Assembly (NCBI GenBank): GCA_003971905.1
Contig: RSEE01000124.1
Coordinates: 1-64,000, forward strand
Reading direction: 5' to 3'
DNA from: Moniliella sp. 'wahieum'
Taxonomy: Eukaryota
DNA length: 64,000 bases
Below, piece after piece: positions 12,701 to 26,287 of the stretch. The stretch's first letter is position 1; every line of letters begins with the position of its first letter. The position numbers and the translations under genes are program-made. The notes beneath the pieces were generated by a model. It was not told the origin of the DNA, did no database searches, and worked only from the letters and a program-made list of their open reading frames with translations.

Positions 12701-14175
12701 GAAGGAGGGAGCGGGGCGCTGTCGGCGTACCTGCGCAATGCCTTGGCGGACGATGAGCTGCAGATCATCAACAAGCATCACTCGTTGCGCGTGCTCGCCT
12801 TTCCTTCCAGTCCCCTCAATGGAGGAGCAGAGGAGTCCTCGATACTGTTGTCGATTGTTGAATGTTCGCCGGCCAGCGTACAGGCCTGGGCTGATACGCG
12901 TCGCCGGATTGGCGAGTTGACGCGGCATGTCGAGTCGCAGCGCGTGCCCGGCAAGTGGTACGCCAAGCTCCTGGTTGTCGCCTGGCCCGGGCGCGGGGCG
13001 GAACAGACGACGCTGGAGCGGCTGCAGCCCGAAGTGGGTGCCTGGCCAGGTGGAGTGGACCAGGTGCACCTTGTTCATTTGGCCCCGGGTACCCGTCCTA
13101 CCTTTTCGCGTGTGGAGCCGGACGCGGGCCCCGCCCCGAAATGCTTGCCCAACTGTTCGATGCTGGTCTGACCCACCTGCTGTGGCGAGTTCAGCTCGCC
13201 CCCCGCGCCCCCGTAGACGAGGTGACGGCCAAGACTGTGCACGCGCTTGCTTCGCCTCTGCTGGCCGTGTGGCGCGCTGCGCTACTGGCCGTGCAACAGT
13301 CTGTGGATCAGATGGTGACTGTGTCACGCACCAACCCGGCCGTTGCGCGCGAGGCGGTCCACCACGTCTCCACTCTCTGGCTCGCTGCCATTCACTCGGC
13401 CAACCTACTGTTAACCCTGGTGTGGCAACACTCGGACACGCTCATGGACGAAGACGAGTCACTGCATTTGCCCCTGGTGGCGCTGGAGGAAGGGTACGAC
13501 TCCTGATAAGCGCTTTGGTCGCTGGTTCTGCGCACTGTCAACACGGCTCTCCAAACGCGCTTCTTCCCGGGCCTTGAACTGGTGGCGGGGGAAGTACGAG
13601 GGGCGTATGCACTGGGCATGGGTACGTCACTGGATGGTGCTGGTGTAGCCTGTGGCGGCAAACTGACTTGGGACCTTGTTTTTCTTCTTCTTTCTCTCTC
13701 CTTTCGGCACAGACCCGTTCCCGTTCTTCCGGGTGGTAGATGAGTTGCTAGCGCTTGCGCTGGGCTACCTTGATGAGCACTGGCTTCGACCTCATTCGAC
13801 CTCTTCCTTTTCCCCCGCTTCGCACCCTACGTTCCAACTCATTTGCCACCAGTGGGCCCAGAACGCAGCCGAGGCCGCGGGCGACCTGGCCACTGCCCCC
13901 CCCCCACATTGACCAAACGTAAACGAGACGCGGCGGGGCAGGAGGGGGAGGGAGCCCCTGCGCCCGGGGTCGGGCCAGCCCCCCAGTTCCCCACCCTTGC
14001 AAGGTCACCCCAACCGAACGGATCTGCCGACCAGGTCGGCCGCGCCAACATCCCCGACCCTGCCCGCCCTCCAGAACAACGCAGGCACGCGAAACGAAGC
14101 AAGGCCGAACCTTCCTCGCCCGCACTGGCGCGCTTGCAGGCCGCCTTGCAAGCCGCCCAAGCTCACTTGAGGTGA
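9771..14175 (+). CDS. SAC3: SAC3/GANP family mRNA export factor (TREX-2 scaffold)
   Basis: LVGTCTTMCPAFE..RE, AVKIYRRPAAG..LPEDVRPPPVLLKTLDYL, WNRTRAVRQDF, EAHERIARYHIL, then a Pro/Ser/Phe-rich region and a helical region. Frameshifts present; probable intron about 13622-13712; 3' end approximate. Confidence 0.88.
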
Positions 14176-14715
14176 CCGGGGTGACCCCTCCGTCCCGCTT
14201 GCCTGTGGGGGCTATAGTATGGACTACGGCATGGGCTATGGCATGGACTATGGCACGTGGTCCGGGTCGGCGCGGGTAGAGCGTCAGAGTGCGCTCGCTT
14301 TAGCTCTCGACACACTCTCGCGCAAACAAGGGGTAACAAAGATGGAATGGAACGACACGCTGATCTGACACGGGCCATAGCTTCACAAAAAGCCCATTGC
14401 CATGCATGCATCCTGCTTCCGTTGACCAGAGGCCGGAAGGGAAAGTAGTACGGGGAAAGTGGTACGAGGAGGATGGATGTGGATGTGGATGGGTGGATGG
14501 GTGGAGAGCGGGAGGGGGAGGGGGGTCAAAAACGCGTGCGGGGGCCGGGTATAGAACGAGGCAAAAAAAGCGAGCGGGGGGGGGATATCCAACTGAAAGC
14601 GCTGATGGCCCCAACGGTAGCAACAGATCGAACCTCGAACCGAGAATCGAATCCAGTCCGAGACCGACGAGCGCAGAGGTGGGGCCAGGAGGGGAGCCAA
14701 ACGAGTGCGGGCACA

Positions 14716-17700
14716 TCACGGCGCCGGCGGGGCGCGGGTAAAAGAATTGTACACGTTGGTCAAGCGCGCAACGGCAGAAAGGTGTTTGCGTCGGCGCGGG
14801 AGAGGCTCACGCTCGGCCGGTGAGGCCGGCACGGGCGACAGGTGGTTGGCCAAGGGATTGGACAGGCGCCAGGCGGAGCGGGAGGGTAGGTCGTGGGCAG
14901 TGACGGTTCGGCGCAGCGCGAGCGGCGCGGCTTCCTGGCCTTGCGACACGCGCATCGGCCGGTTGGCCGTCACCCCCGACACGGACGGCGTCGCGAGGGA
15001 GACGTTGCGCTGGCGCAGGGGGAAGAAGGAGGGGGAGGGACCAAAGGCATGCGAGACGGGTCGGGGACGTTGTCGTACCTGGTGCTCGTCTCGCTCTCCT
15101 TGTCGCTCTCGTTCGCCGGCCCGTTGGTCTACCCGCCGGGGGGTACGTAGGCACCGAGCGAATGCGCCATGGGCCGTGGAGTGGGCGGCGTAGAGGTGTC
15201 GCCCGGTGGGGGGGGGGTCCAGGGACCGGTACGGGAGCTGGGCCCAACGCGGCGCCTGCGTCGCCCCCACCCCCGCGCGCGGTCAACGTAGGTGTTAAGA
15301 GGGCGGTGGAGCTGCTGCCGGCGCCAGGGGAGCGCGACGACGAGGGGGGCATCGGTCAGGGGCAGATCAAAGTAGCCCGCGGGCGACGGCGAGGGCAACG
15401 CTGGGAGGCTGTCGCATTCGGCTTGTCCTTGGGCGGGGTGGGGCTCGGCAGCGCCGGGAACGGCACTGTGCCTCGGTGCGGCGATGAGAGGGTAAGACCG
15501 CTGGGCGTGCCGGGCCCAACTGTCTTGGCTGGGGCAGCATAGGGTGCGACGTACGTCGCGATGGGCTGTCCCAATCGTCCGGCGTGATTCGGCCTTGCGG
15601 TGCGCTGAGGCGCAGGGTGGCTGTGCCCGACGTAGCGGCGTGCACCTGCCCAGGGTGCAACAACGCCTCAGCCTCGATCCGCCCATGAGCTTTTGCCCGG
15701 CCAAGCGTGGCTGGAGCGCTGCCGCAGTATAAGAGGCACGGCGGGGGGTTGCTTCCACTTCCCTCTCCCGGCCTCGCCCCCTCTCTCCGTCTGCCGCAAC
15801 AGGCGGGGATGGGGACGAGGGGGTGGTAGCGGGGGAGTCGACGGTGGGAAAGACGACTTGGTTCTGGTCCGTATCGGGTGCAGACCCAGCTACAGCGGCG
15901 GATGGTTCGGTGGGTTCCGAATTTTCCCTCTCTCGTATCGTTTCGTCCGGACCGTTGCAGACGGGTGGGCTCTCCGGATGGGTAGCGGGGAAGTGAGCTT
16001 GAGCGGAAACGGAGGAGGCGACGCGAATGCGTTCCCCCTGCGGATGGGAAAGGGAGGTGGAGCGGGCGCCAATGGTCAGATTACCGCCGCTGGGCGCACC
16101 CAAGCCGACACCCGAGCTCGCTCCCATGCTCCTGCTCATCTCGTGGCCCGACGTGGCCGGAGGCGAGTCGTCAATAAACTCGGGGAAGGTGGCAACAAAG
16201 CACGAGTCGCACGCACGCGCCAACTCATTGGACATGCCTCCGCCCCCAGGACCAGCGGGCAGGTCAAGAAATTGCTCCGAGGTGCACCGGACCCGAGGCA
16301 AGTCCGTGTGGGGCAGGAGAACGGGGATGGAGGCGGCCGAAGTCCTACGTTCGCCATCGTACGATGCAATGGCGAACTTTCGTGTGGAACACGTGCCACA
16401 CACCACCCGTCCACAGAGGCGGCAATGATGTTTTCGCCGAAACAGGGAGAACGGTTCGTTGCACACGCACACGTGTCCCGCGTATTGTCCGGTACCCACC
16501 GGTGCATTGTACTCTTCCAACATAGGCACCCACATTGGCGGCGCGGGCGAGCTGGACCCCCTTCCCAAAGGTCCGGGGGGCACGCTGCGACGTCCACTGG
16601 GCGGGGTATCATCCGAGGCGCGGCGAGTGAAGAACGAATTGAGCGTCTCGAGCGCGCCGGACGATAGGGAGGCGATCGAACTGTGTCGATCCGGTCCGGA
16701 CCCCATGGATGGATGGGCGAAATACCACTCACCTCCTCCGTCGGCGCATCGTCGATCGATGCCAAGGTTGTGGCCGATGCGTACGATGCTGGGCGCTTCG
16801 CCAACCCGTCGTAGGGCGGCGGGGGGAAGGGGGTGCGTCCGGCCCTAGGGGGCTCGGGCCCCTGGGGAGCAAGGATAACGACAGAGAGCGTGATGGCGCC
16901 GAAGGCGGAGGCACAGGCGGAGAAGAAGATTCGAATCGTCGCTTGGTTTGCAAATACTCGGTCCGGGTCGATCGAATCTTGTCAATCCACCATTTCTTGG
17001 TGTCTGCATCGGGAGCATAGATGGCAAACGATTTTTCGGAGTGCGTAGCTCAAACGCATACTGACCCGAGTGCCATGATTCGGACGAGGAAGCTGGGCGC
17101 GGCGGAGGCGTGGCAGAAGTAGGAGGGGAAAACATGCGAACTGAGGCAGTAGAAGTAGTACGGGTGCGACTAGTCGTCCGAGAGCGCGGGAGAGCAGGGT
17201 GGTCAGTCAAAGGCGGGTCAAATGCTGCCCCCCAGTCGCTGGGGCCGGAAGGTTGGCCACTGATCCGATCATCAATAGCCACAAGGGTGCATTCAGCCAG
17301 ATCGAATCGGGCCCGGAAGAGGAGCGGTTGGCTCGCAAATAGGTCTACCGGCGACCATGGACTCGAGGAGCCCGATGCCGAGGACGAAGAGGAGGAAGAG
17401 CATGCTGACAGGGGAGGGGCTGCCACTCCGCCATCGATGGTGGCGGTGGTGGCCCGCGGGTGTACACAACACCGTATTCATCAGGAAAGGATGTGGGGAC
17501 GGGGTCGCCACCACCGCCGCTCGGGAGCCTGAAGGGGAGCCCGTCAGGTACCGACCCAACGCCGTTGGCCATCGCGTGAGGGCAGAAGAATCAAGCATGG
17601 GCCGTGCATAGACAAGAGAATCCGATAGCAAAAAGAACGCACGCGGCTGGACATTTTTACGGGTTGACTTCCAGAGCGTTCCACGTGCGACCAGCTGTCG

Positions 17701-19240
17701 TCCGGAACTCGCCGGTCCACCCGCACTGTTGGCCGAAACAAAATTTTCATCGACCAGAGGCAAAGGGAGGCCGTGAAGCGACCGTTGAATGGTTACTAGC
17801 TCGAGCGCGGCTTCGTGGGAGCGAATGGCCTCGTTGATACGAGAGGCAACTATCAAAGGGTTAGTTTAGCGTGCACGTTTTTCTCAATGGAACCGACAGT
17901 ATGGATCTCATACGTACCATGGTCAATTATTTCGGCGGCATGGGTGAGAAGGGGGGAATCGCGGTGGCTTGGCGGGGTAGCCTTGAGGAGCGCCTGAACC
18001 AGCAGGCGGTAGCGCGGGATGCGCTGGACAATGCTGAGCAAGTGAGCTTGGAACCCAAGCCCGACTCCTGGGACACTAGACGACGATGGGGCGGAGAACG
18101 ACGTGGCAGGCAATGGGGGGTCGGGTGGGGTAAGAGGGGAGGATGGGTCGAGGGTGCTGGCTGAGGACGAAGGGGTGTGGGATGCGGTACGCCGCATGGA
18201 AACCGTTCGCAGGCTCGGTGGTTGAACGCGGACACAGGCCGCCTCGGCACGCTGCAGGAAGGCAGCGAGTGCAGGGGAGGCGCGTTGTTCCTCTTCGATT
18301 CGGTTGAGAGCAGAGCCAAAGTTGCGGACAAACTCGGCATAAATGGAAAAGGAAGGGGCGATCTGGCTGATCAGGTCGCCCAACATGCCCATCTGAGCAT
18401 CCAAGTTACCTCACCAGAAGGGGCCAGGCGAGCTTCGAGGAGAGTAAGAAAGCGGTTGTTAAGAAGCAGGATGCGATCAAAATTGGCAAAAATCGCACGC
18501 AACGTTTCGGGTGGAAGAGCAGGAGCAGAGGGGCACGGAGGCAGGGGCAGCGACGGCCGTGGCTCATGGGCAAGAATGGATTTTGCCATGGCGCTAAACC
18601 CACCGCCGGGACTATCCGAAAGAAGGGGCGGTGGCGAAGTGGGAGGAGGCAGAGGCAGCACCGGGGGATGGGGGAGGCGCTGGAAGAGGATGCTGTAGGG
18701 ATGGAGGGGGAGGCAGGGGAGACCAAAGAGGCCATGCGCAGCGGCTGGTAGTAGGCACGCTCATGAGGGTCAAGCCGGCGACGTAGCGGCGCTCGGTTTG
18801 GAGGAGCTCGAGGGCAGCGGCCTTGCGCTTGTGGGACCAGTCGGGGGCGAGGTGGGCCGGAGCGCTGGTGGTGCTTGCGCGGCGTGTGGGATGCCGGGCG
18901 CGGGGGAGTGACGGCGGTGGTGGTGATGGTGGTGGGGGTGGCGGCGATGGGGAGCGTGGCGGCGGGGTAGGTGTGGGGGGGCTGCTGTCGTCGGAGGGCA
19001 GATCGGGGGGAGGGAGGGCATGAGGCTGGGGGACGGGGGGGAGGAGGGTGTGCAGAGGGGCTGCGGAGGGTCGTGGGCGGGCGCGGGCGGCGGCGGCGGC
19101 GGGGGGAGGGAGGAGGAGGCGGTGGAGGTGGTGGAGGCGCGCACGGCGGGACATGGAAGGTGACGCGGGGGGCGGCGGCGTCGCGCAGGCTGGCAGAGCG
19201 CGCGAGGGGCGGGGCGGCGGGGCGGGTGGGAGGCGGGCAT
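14716..19240 (-). CDS. don1: DH-PH-FYVE Rho/Cdc42 guanine nucleotide exchange factor (FGD1-like; same architecture as Ustilago Don1)
   Basis: DH: KRKAAALELLQTERRYVAGL, IFANFDRILLLN, LLSIVQRIPRYRLLVQALLKATP. PH: LVARGTLWK..PRAFFLLSDSLVYA, AFELRTP. FYVE: WVPD..C..CNEPFSLFRRKHHCRLCGRVVCGTCS..RACDSC. Intron about 17850-17916. Both ends are low-complexity and approximate. Confidence 0.88.
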
Positions 19241-19668
19241 GGCGCATTCTGCACCCGCCCCAGGATGCAGGCGGAGAGGGCGCGGGTGGTGGTGGTGGCG
19301 GTGGTGGCGGTGGGGTGGGTGGTGGAGGTGGAGGAGGTGGAGGCGCTGCGGGCGTCCTGTGCGACTCATCTGCTGAGCCTCAGCGCCCAGGCTGAGCTCT
19401 GCTGCGCGGCGGAATGCGCAGCGGAATGGGGCACGTGGCGGCCCCGCAGCGCCACACGGCAGCGCCACACCGCACAGCGCCACACTGCGCCGCCCTGCGC
19501 ACCCAGTCGCAGCCACGCACAGTGAACATTTCAGCTGCTCCCGGCGCCCGAGTGCTGCGCGCACACTGCCCCTGCGCCCGCGTGGGGGGTGCAGAGCAGC
19601 TGCGTCTATACTCGCCCTCCTCCTGCGCCCCACCCATCCACCCCACCCGACCCCCACCAGCATCCTCC

Positions 19669-22333
19669 ATGAACAGGACCAGGGACAAGCCCAAGCCCAA
19701 GCCCACGTCCAAGCCCGCCCAGCCCGCCGACCCCTCCCACGCGGACGAGCCGCCCGCGTCAAGCAACAAAAAAAAGCGCGCCTGGTTCTCCCGCTCCCAC
19801 AACCATCAGCCCGCCTCCGCCCCGGCCCCCATTAGCCCCTCGGCCAGCCACACCCTTTCCTCCAACACTACCAACCCATTCCGACGACACGATCCCTCGG
19901 ACGATGACGACGCCGACACTGCCTTTGTGCTTGTTACCCGCCTTGTGGGCCACCCGACCACACACCCTCTCTTCGGGCTGCCCACTCGAGCAGCTTCACC
20001 ATTTCCTCGTCTCGGACCAACGCGCGAGCCAAGTCGCCCGCGTGATTATTGCCTCCCTTAATGCCGAGGACGACTCACGGTTGGTCCCAGAGCAAGCTTC
20101 CTCGGCCGGTGTATGGCCCCTGAATACGCCCGGGCTTCAGCTCAGCACCGCCTCCGCTGGCTCTCGTCTTGTCCCGCCCATCGATCTATGGGGCTCGCTC
20201 TTGCTGTATCTCCTCCACACCGGGGCCCCCTCGACCCAGGTCAAGGCCTCGCTTCCAACCAACTGATGGCTGTCCTCACTGGCTGCTTTCCGACTCGGGC
20301 CGTCTTCGGCCACCGCCGCATCCTACCCACCACGCCCGTTTGGCCGTGGGCTCTACGTTGCTCTACCTCGCTACACAATTGGCTCCACTCCTGCACGTCC
20401 CATCGCCCCCACCCGTCTCAGTCCCCTCTTTACAACCTTGCCCGAGCAGGCTTCCGTGCATTCAACCGCCTCGTACGAGTCGCGGACCAAGCGAGGGCTC
20501 AGGTGGCCTGTCCGCATGAGGAGGTCAAAGGACAAAGAGCAGAACCGCGACTTGCCTCCTCCCCTTACCGAGTGGGATACGAAAGGCGCCCGCACCCGAG
20601 TCGACGCACGTCCAGCCTCCCGCCCCCACGAATGGAACGACTAGAGCAGCGGCCGATTCGGCGTTGGCCAGCCTTCCCTCCATTCTCCTCCAACTGGCCG
20701 AACAGCTGGCTTGGACCCTTCCGCGGCGTCCTCGTTTCCGCCCATCTCGCCTCCCGCCTCGCCGCCCGAGACGGCCGGCAGGCCCATACGGATGCGCATC
20801 CAAAAAGTCCACCTAGGCGACGCTGTGCGCGTCCCCGCTCTCCCTCTACCCACCGCAACCGACCACAGTCTCTTCCACTGGATGACGTTGCCCCACGTGT
20901 GCACCCACAAGGCAGACAGATTTACCCCGGCCAAGCATCGCCCGTGGTGCCGGGACCAGAGGCCGGACAAGTACCCCCTCCGCATACCCAACCTGGCCCT
21001 GCACTTTCCTATGCCCAGCCTGTTGTGCGTGCCCGAACTGATGTGCCCAAAGCGTTACAGCCCAGGCCCCTCCGTCTTCCGCTCCGACCGGCGAAGGGGA
21101 GGCGATGCGCAGCTTGGTCCCAGACACCTTTGTGCCCCACGGATTCGCAGGCCAACATGCGCTGCAAGCCTCGCTGGCTGTGCCTCCGACAATCAAACGT
21201 ACTTCATCTTTGCGCGGTCCGCACCCCTTCCCTCCTCTGCAAACGCTGGCAATAGCGACAAACCTTTGTCTTCTCCCGGAACGAGGGCTGCCGGGCCCCG
21301 CGTTCCACCAGCCGTCTGCCTTGCTCCGCTTGTGCACCAGGCCCCAGCTCCGCATGCCGCGGCACTCCTCCCTTCGGGACTTGCGCGGATGCATCCACTG
21401 CCCACTCTGCCCCAACGGCCCCCGCTTCCTCCGCGGGCTATGTTACCTCCTCGGCACCCTGTGCCCCACTCTGCTTGCACGCGCCGCACCGCGCCGCACC
21501 CTGCGCCTGTGTCCTGGCCACGATCCGATCCGACGTTGTGCCGACGGCCCTGTCGCCTACCCTTCAGGCCCCCCGTCGCACCACGCCGCCAACCACGTAC
21601 AGACCTCGCGCCTGGCCCGTGCGGATTCGTCCGACGCCCAACGTCTCGCTCGCCACGCCAGCTCTAAGAACTCTTCCTTGTTCCCGGCCCACGAGGCTTG
21701 CAGAGCATCCCACCACCACCACCACTACCACCGCCAGGTTCTGCTATTGCTCCTACTCTTGCTCCTGCCGCTTCTCACATAGCTGCCATACCCCCCTCTG
21801 AAACTGCGATGACGACGGACGCTTCCCCGATCCCCGCACAGCAGGTACATTCCCCCCCACGCTCCTCCCACAGGCCGGTGCGACGGATGCGGCGGTTCGC
21901 TTCAGCCCACCCTAGCCACCGGCCCGCTCCCTCGGCCCCATCTGTACTGCACCTGCACCTGCCTCTACGCTCCCACCCCGGCGCCCACCCTGGGCTCGTC
22001 CAACCCATGGTCGCAGCCACGATGCGTACTGCCTCGGGACGGCGAGGCCGTGGCGATGCCGCTGGTGCAGGTGGAGCTGGAACTGGAACTGGAGCTGGAG
22101 CTGGAGCTGGATGGGCGCTGGGACGGGTGCGACGGCCAGGGCGCACCAAGCCCCCTCGTCCAAAAAAACTGGGCAAGCGACGTGCGCGGTCGATTGCCCC
22201 GGCGGCGGACGAGGCGGAGCAGGCGGGCCACGCTGCCACGTATTCCGGTCCGCCGCCACCGGCTCTTCGCGCGTTGCCCCTTGCGCCCTGGGCTGGGTGC
22301 CGGCGCCGCCGGCTGGTGGGCTGTGACATGTGA
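19669..22333 (+). CDS. Hypothetical protein (frameshifted; may be more than one gene)
   Basis: ATG 19669 opens MNRTRDKPKPKP.. head-to-head with the GEF gene. Successive overlapping ORFs contain globular-looking segments (VARVIIASLN, DLWGSLLLYLLH, LYNLARAGFRAFNRLV). No family recognised. Confidence 0.45.
22074..22110 (+). repeat. (GARCTG)n hexamer repeat
   Basis: About six tandem GAGCTG/GAACTG units, encoding a Gly-Ala/Thr run in the presumed frame. Confidence 0.8.
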
Positions 22334-22952
22334 TGGTTGGTGTTGGGTTTTGTTTGTTTTTGGATACCTTGTTTCTGTGGTGCCTGTGCCCCCCGATGTG
22401 CGTGGGCGCGTGGCGGGAGAGAGGTGGGTGTGGGTGGGGGTGGCGTGTGTTGAAGGCAGAATGCATTCGAAAACAGATGGCCTTCCCCCCGCCCAAGGGT
22501 GGATGCTGTGGATGGGATTGGCAGCGGACGTAGGTCGGCAAGCGCAGGAGAATGCTAGGCGACCAGGAACTGCGCCCCCTGGCCTGGAAATGCACGCGAG
22601 AGGGAGGAGCGAGGTCACGTGCCCGGGTGGAGCAGGGCTAGGGGGCTTAGGTCAGCCGCTGGTTGGATGGCGGAGGCCGGAGGGGAGAGCCGGAATGGAC
22701 GGATCACCGATGGGCGCTCACCGCTCACCAGTCACTGCTGAGGGAGCATCCAGGCTGGCTGTGGAATCACCGATCCGCCCGTGCTTTCGTGGGTGTGACG
22801 GGTGACATGACATGCCATGCTCGGTGCTGCGGGCGCACGGCACGCGGTGGGCGCTGTCGCATCGGCTGGGCTGCACGCGCTTGCACACGCTGGCCACGCC
22901 CACCAGGCTGGCCACGCCGCCTCTTGTCGGCCTCCGCTGCCCCGTGTGCGCT

Positions 22953-24401
22953 ATGTCGCCCCTGTCCCCGCCCAGCCCCGCGCGGGGCCTCGGCCTCGTC
23001 TTTCCCTCCTCGCCCTCTGCCTCGTCCGCTTCCTCTTCTGCGCCCAGCGCGAGCACGGCAAGCGCCTCGGCCCTACCTCCGCCCGCTCCAGCTGCCCCGC
23101 CATCCCTCGCCCGACCCCGCCGAACGCGCACGCGCACACGCTGCCACCATCGCCGCCCTCGAGGGCACCTCTTCTCGTCCACCTCATCGCACTCCTCGTC
23201 ACTCGCTCTCCCCTCTCCCTCTCCTGCGCCCCAGACCACGCCCCGCGCCCCGACGCCCCCCGCCGCACCGCCCGTGCGCTATGACATTGATGGCTCTCTT
23301 GAGCCGTATGAGTACGAGCCAGCACCCGACTTTGGCCTGGACTGGGCCGCTGGCCTGCGCCGCGCCAGCCGCACCAGTAAACGTACCAGTCAATGGTGGT
23401 CTCGCCCCCAATCGTTGGCTTCGCCTCTGCCTGCGCCACGTACAGAGCCCGAGGAAGATGCCCAGCCCCTTGTCCACCGTCCTCACTCTGTCCTCCCACT
23501 TGCCCCGAACAGATGCAAGCCATGTACCGCTCCAACCCAAAGCGACGAAACAGATGCCGCCGGCTCCCAGAGCAGCGGAGCAACGACTTGGCTCGACTTG
23601 TGAAGTGGGCAGCCATGGCCTGCGTCGCTTACAACTGGTCGATCGAGCGTGTGCGCAAAAGCGCCGTCGATCGCTCGGGTGGGGTGCCCACACGCATTCC
23701 AACTCGATCACCTCCTCGCCTCTCCACCGCTCTCCCCACCTCGACTCGTGGGGCGGCGAAGGCCACACCCACCTCTCTGCCCCGGCGAGAGGCGCGGCAC
23801 GAGCCTCAGCTACTTTGCCTCGCCTCCAGACCCGCCGGGACCACGCCGCGCGCGCTCCTTCCCCCACACCTCGGTCGCAAGTGTCGATGGGCCCCAAGCT
23901 ACCCGTCTCTCCGCCCCGACCTGTCAGCTTACTCGCCCGCTTCCCCTGCCCCAACAGTTCCCCCATCCCGGCCCCCAATGCCCTCGGCTGTCCCATTGCC
24001 CTTACCTTTGTCCGAACCCGAACCCAAACTCGAACCCGAACCCCCTGAACCCCCGATCCAATCCTGCCTCCCGTGGCCGAGGACGAGGAACTGACCCGCA
24101 CGTCGTCCGATTCAGTGTCACAGCCTGCCTTGGCACCTGTCTCTCCTTGCCTGCCGTTGCTCCTCATTGTCCCCCGCCCAGCGGGGGGATATGTCAGCAT
24201 GGACCCAGGAGCGGGTCGTTGACACCGCCGGCCGCTGGGTCGCGCCCACGATACTCATCGTGCTCCGGAGAACACGAGCAGGCTCCCGAGCCGTCATCAT
24301 CGAGGCAGGTTTCGCACGTGGGTGCGAGTGTGCGCAACGTGGCCAACGTCGGTAGTACCCTGGCCCTGGCGGCCTCGAGCTCGGTGCATTGTATGCGCTA
24401 A
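22953..24401 (+). CDS. Hypothetical Pro/Ser-rich protein
   Basis: MSPLSPPSPARGLGLVFP.. followed by overlapping ORFs (VRYDIDGSLEPYEYE..DWAAGLRR; LARLVKWAAMACVAYNW). No family recognised; end uncertain. Confidence 0.4.
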
Positions 24402-24921
24402 TGGCGCAGTCCCTAACACCAGTGTGCGCCTCGTCTGGGTCGCCTCAGCTGAACCTTACTGGGTCGGTTCGGTGGTTATTGGGCCTGCGTTTTGGCGAGG
24501 CAGCACCATGCATATCATACCCATCTCCTCGGCTGCCTTGCTAATACGCCCTGTTCCCTTTTATTATGCCTGTCCGGCCGGATCGGGCGGCGGCCATGTT
24601 ACTTTCGCATCTCGCATCTCGCTTTCCATGTCATGTGGTTGCTCTGCCCAATGCCCCGTGTTGGTATAGTTGTGTGGTTGGTTAGGGGGGTTACCGGTTG
24701 CCAAGGGGGGTTAGGCTCTTAGCGGCCCAATCGATCTGTTTTTATATTTTGGGAGCGTGCATGTTGGGTGTTGGGTGCGTGGGGCAATGTTTCAATGGGC
24801 GGTCGGTGCAAACAGCCTCGCGAGCGTAGATGCTGCTCTCAACTCCACCCCGTCAACGGTAACTCGCCCGCCGCTCGATCCGGAATCCAGCCGAGCCACT
24901 AGCTCGCTCCACACCACCCGC

Positions 24922-26287
24922 ATGTTCGCCGCACCTTCCCCCCCGGCCGCCATGCGCCGCCCTGCACGCCACCCAAGACCAGACGCCCAACTCCAGCTCC
25001 ACCCCTTCGACCCCCACCACGTCGAGCCAGAGCACGACCTTCCCGTGCAAAAGGTGCTGTCCTTGCTCCGGCCGCGCCTGGCTCGGCTGCAGCTGCCAAC
25101 GCGTCGTTTTCCAGCAAGCCAAGATCCCTACCGCTGCCCTGCGCGCCCATCGCGCCATTTCAGGACGACCAGAAAAGGTGCTGGACGCCGTGGACATTTC
25201 CGACGACTTTTACCACCATCTTCTCGACTGGAGTGTAGCAAACCAAGTGGCCATCGTGCTGCGCCAGGCGGTGTATGTATGGGACTGCGATGCAGCCACG
25301 GTCGAGTTGCTAGTCGACTTGGAGCAGCAGAAGAGAAGGGGCGGTGGACCGTTTCACTCGTGACGCGGTCCGGTGGCACCCCGAGGAAGCTGTGTGGTTG
25401 GGCACGGCCAGTGGGGCAGCCCAAGTGTGGGACGTGGCAGCGAAAAAAAACGGGTTGCGCACGCTACACGTTCCGCCCGAGTTCTCGCTCCGGCCTTGCG
25501 TCGGAAGAGGCGGAGGAGGAGCAAGTGACTGTCCAAGTGGGCGCGATGGACTGGGCCGATGCCTCGACGCTCACGGTCGGGTATGGCACAGGCTGGATTG
25601 TCGACCATGACATTCGCTTGGCCTCGTCAGCCACGCGGATGCTGCGTGCCCATGCGGGCTTGGTGTGTGGCCTGGTCTACCGAACGGATGGCGCGTTGTT
25701 CGCGTCGGGCGGGAACGACAATTTGGTCCGTGGTGGGACCGACGCAAGAGGGCCCGATCCTGAGCCGCTCAGAGCACAAGGCAGCGGTCAAGGTATGTTC
25801 TTTTTCTTTCTCTTTTTCCTTCCCCCGTATCATCTAGGCGGCAAGCTGACGTTTTCTGTTCTGTCTGCCCAAGGCCCTGTCCTGGTCTCCATTTAATCCT
25901 CACATCCTCGCCTCGGGCGGCGGCTCTGCCTGTCGCACCATCAACATCTGGAACGTTGCGACCCAAGCACGCTTGATGAGCTGGCAGACCGAGGCCCAAA
26001 TCAGCTCGATCCACTGGTCCTGGTACCACCGCGAACTGCTCACCACCCATGGTGCCCACCCCACCGACGCATCCTGTACCGGTGCCATCTGTTTCTGGTC
26101 CTACCCTTCGGGCAAACTGCTGTACCGTATCGATCGCGCCCACGAAGGCCGCATCCTCGATGCCGTCCTCTCCCCCGACGGACAGAAACTCGCGTCCGTC
26201 GATACGGGCGCGAATGAGCTCAGGTTTTGGACCGTGTTTGATGCGGCAGGCAAGGCCGGCGCGCCCGGGAGGACAAAGCAGGCGTAG
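24922..26287 (+). CDS. Cdc20/Fizzy/Cdh1-family APC/C co-activator-like WD40 protein (divergent)
   Basis: PEKVLDAVDISDDFYHHLLDWS, AVYVWD, H..LVCGL..DGALFASGGNDNLV, HKAAVK|ALSWSP..ILASGGGS, QISSIHWS..ELLTTHG, HEGRIL..LSPDG..ELRFWTVF. Intron 25793-25873; frameshifts present. Confidence 0.9.
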
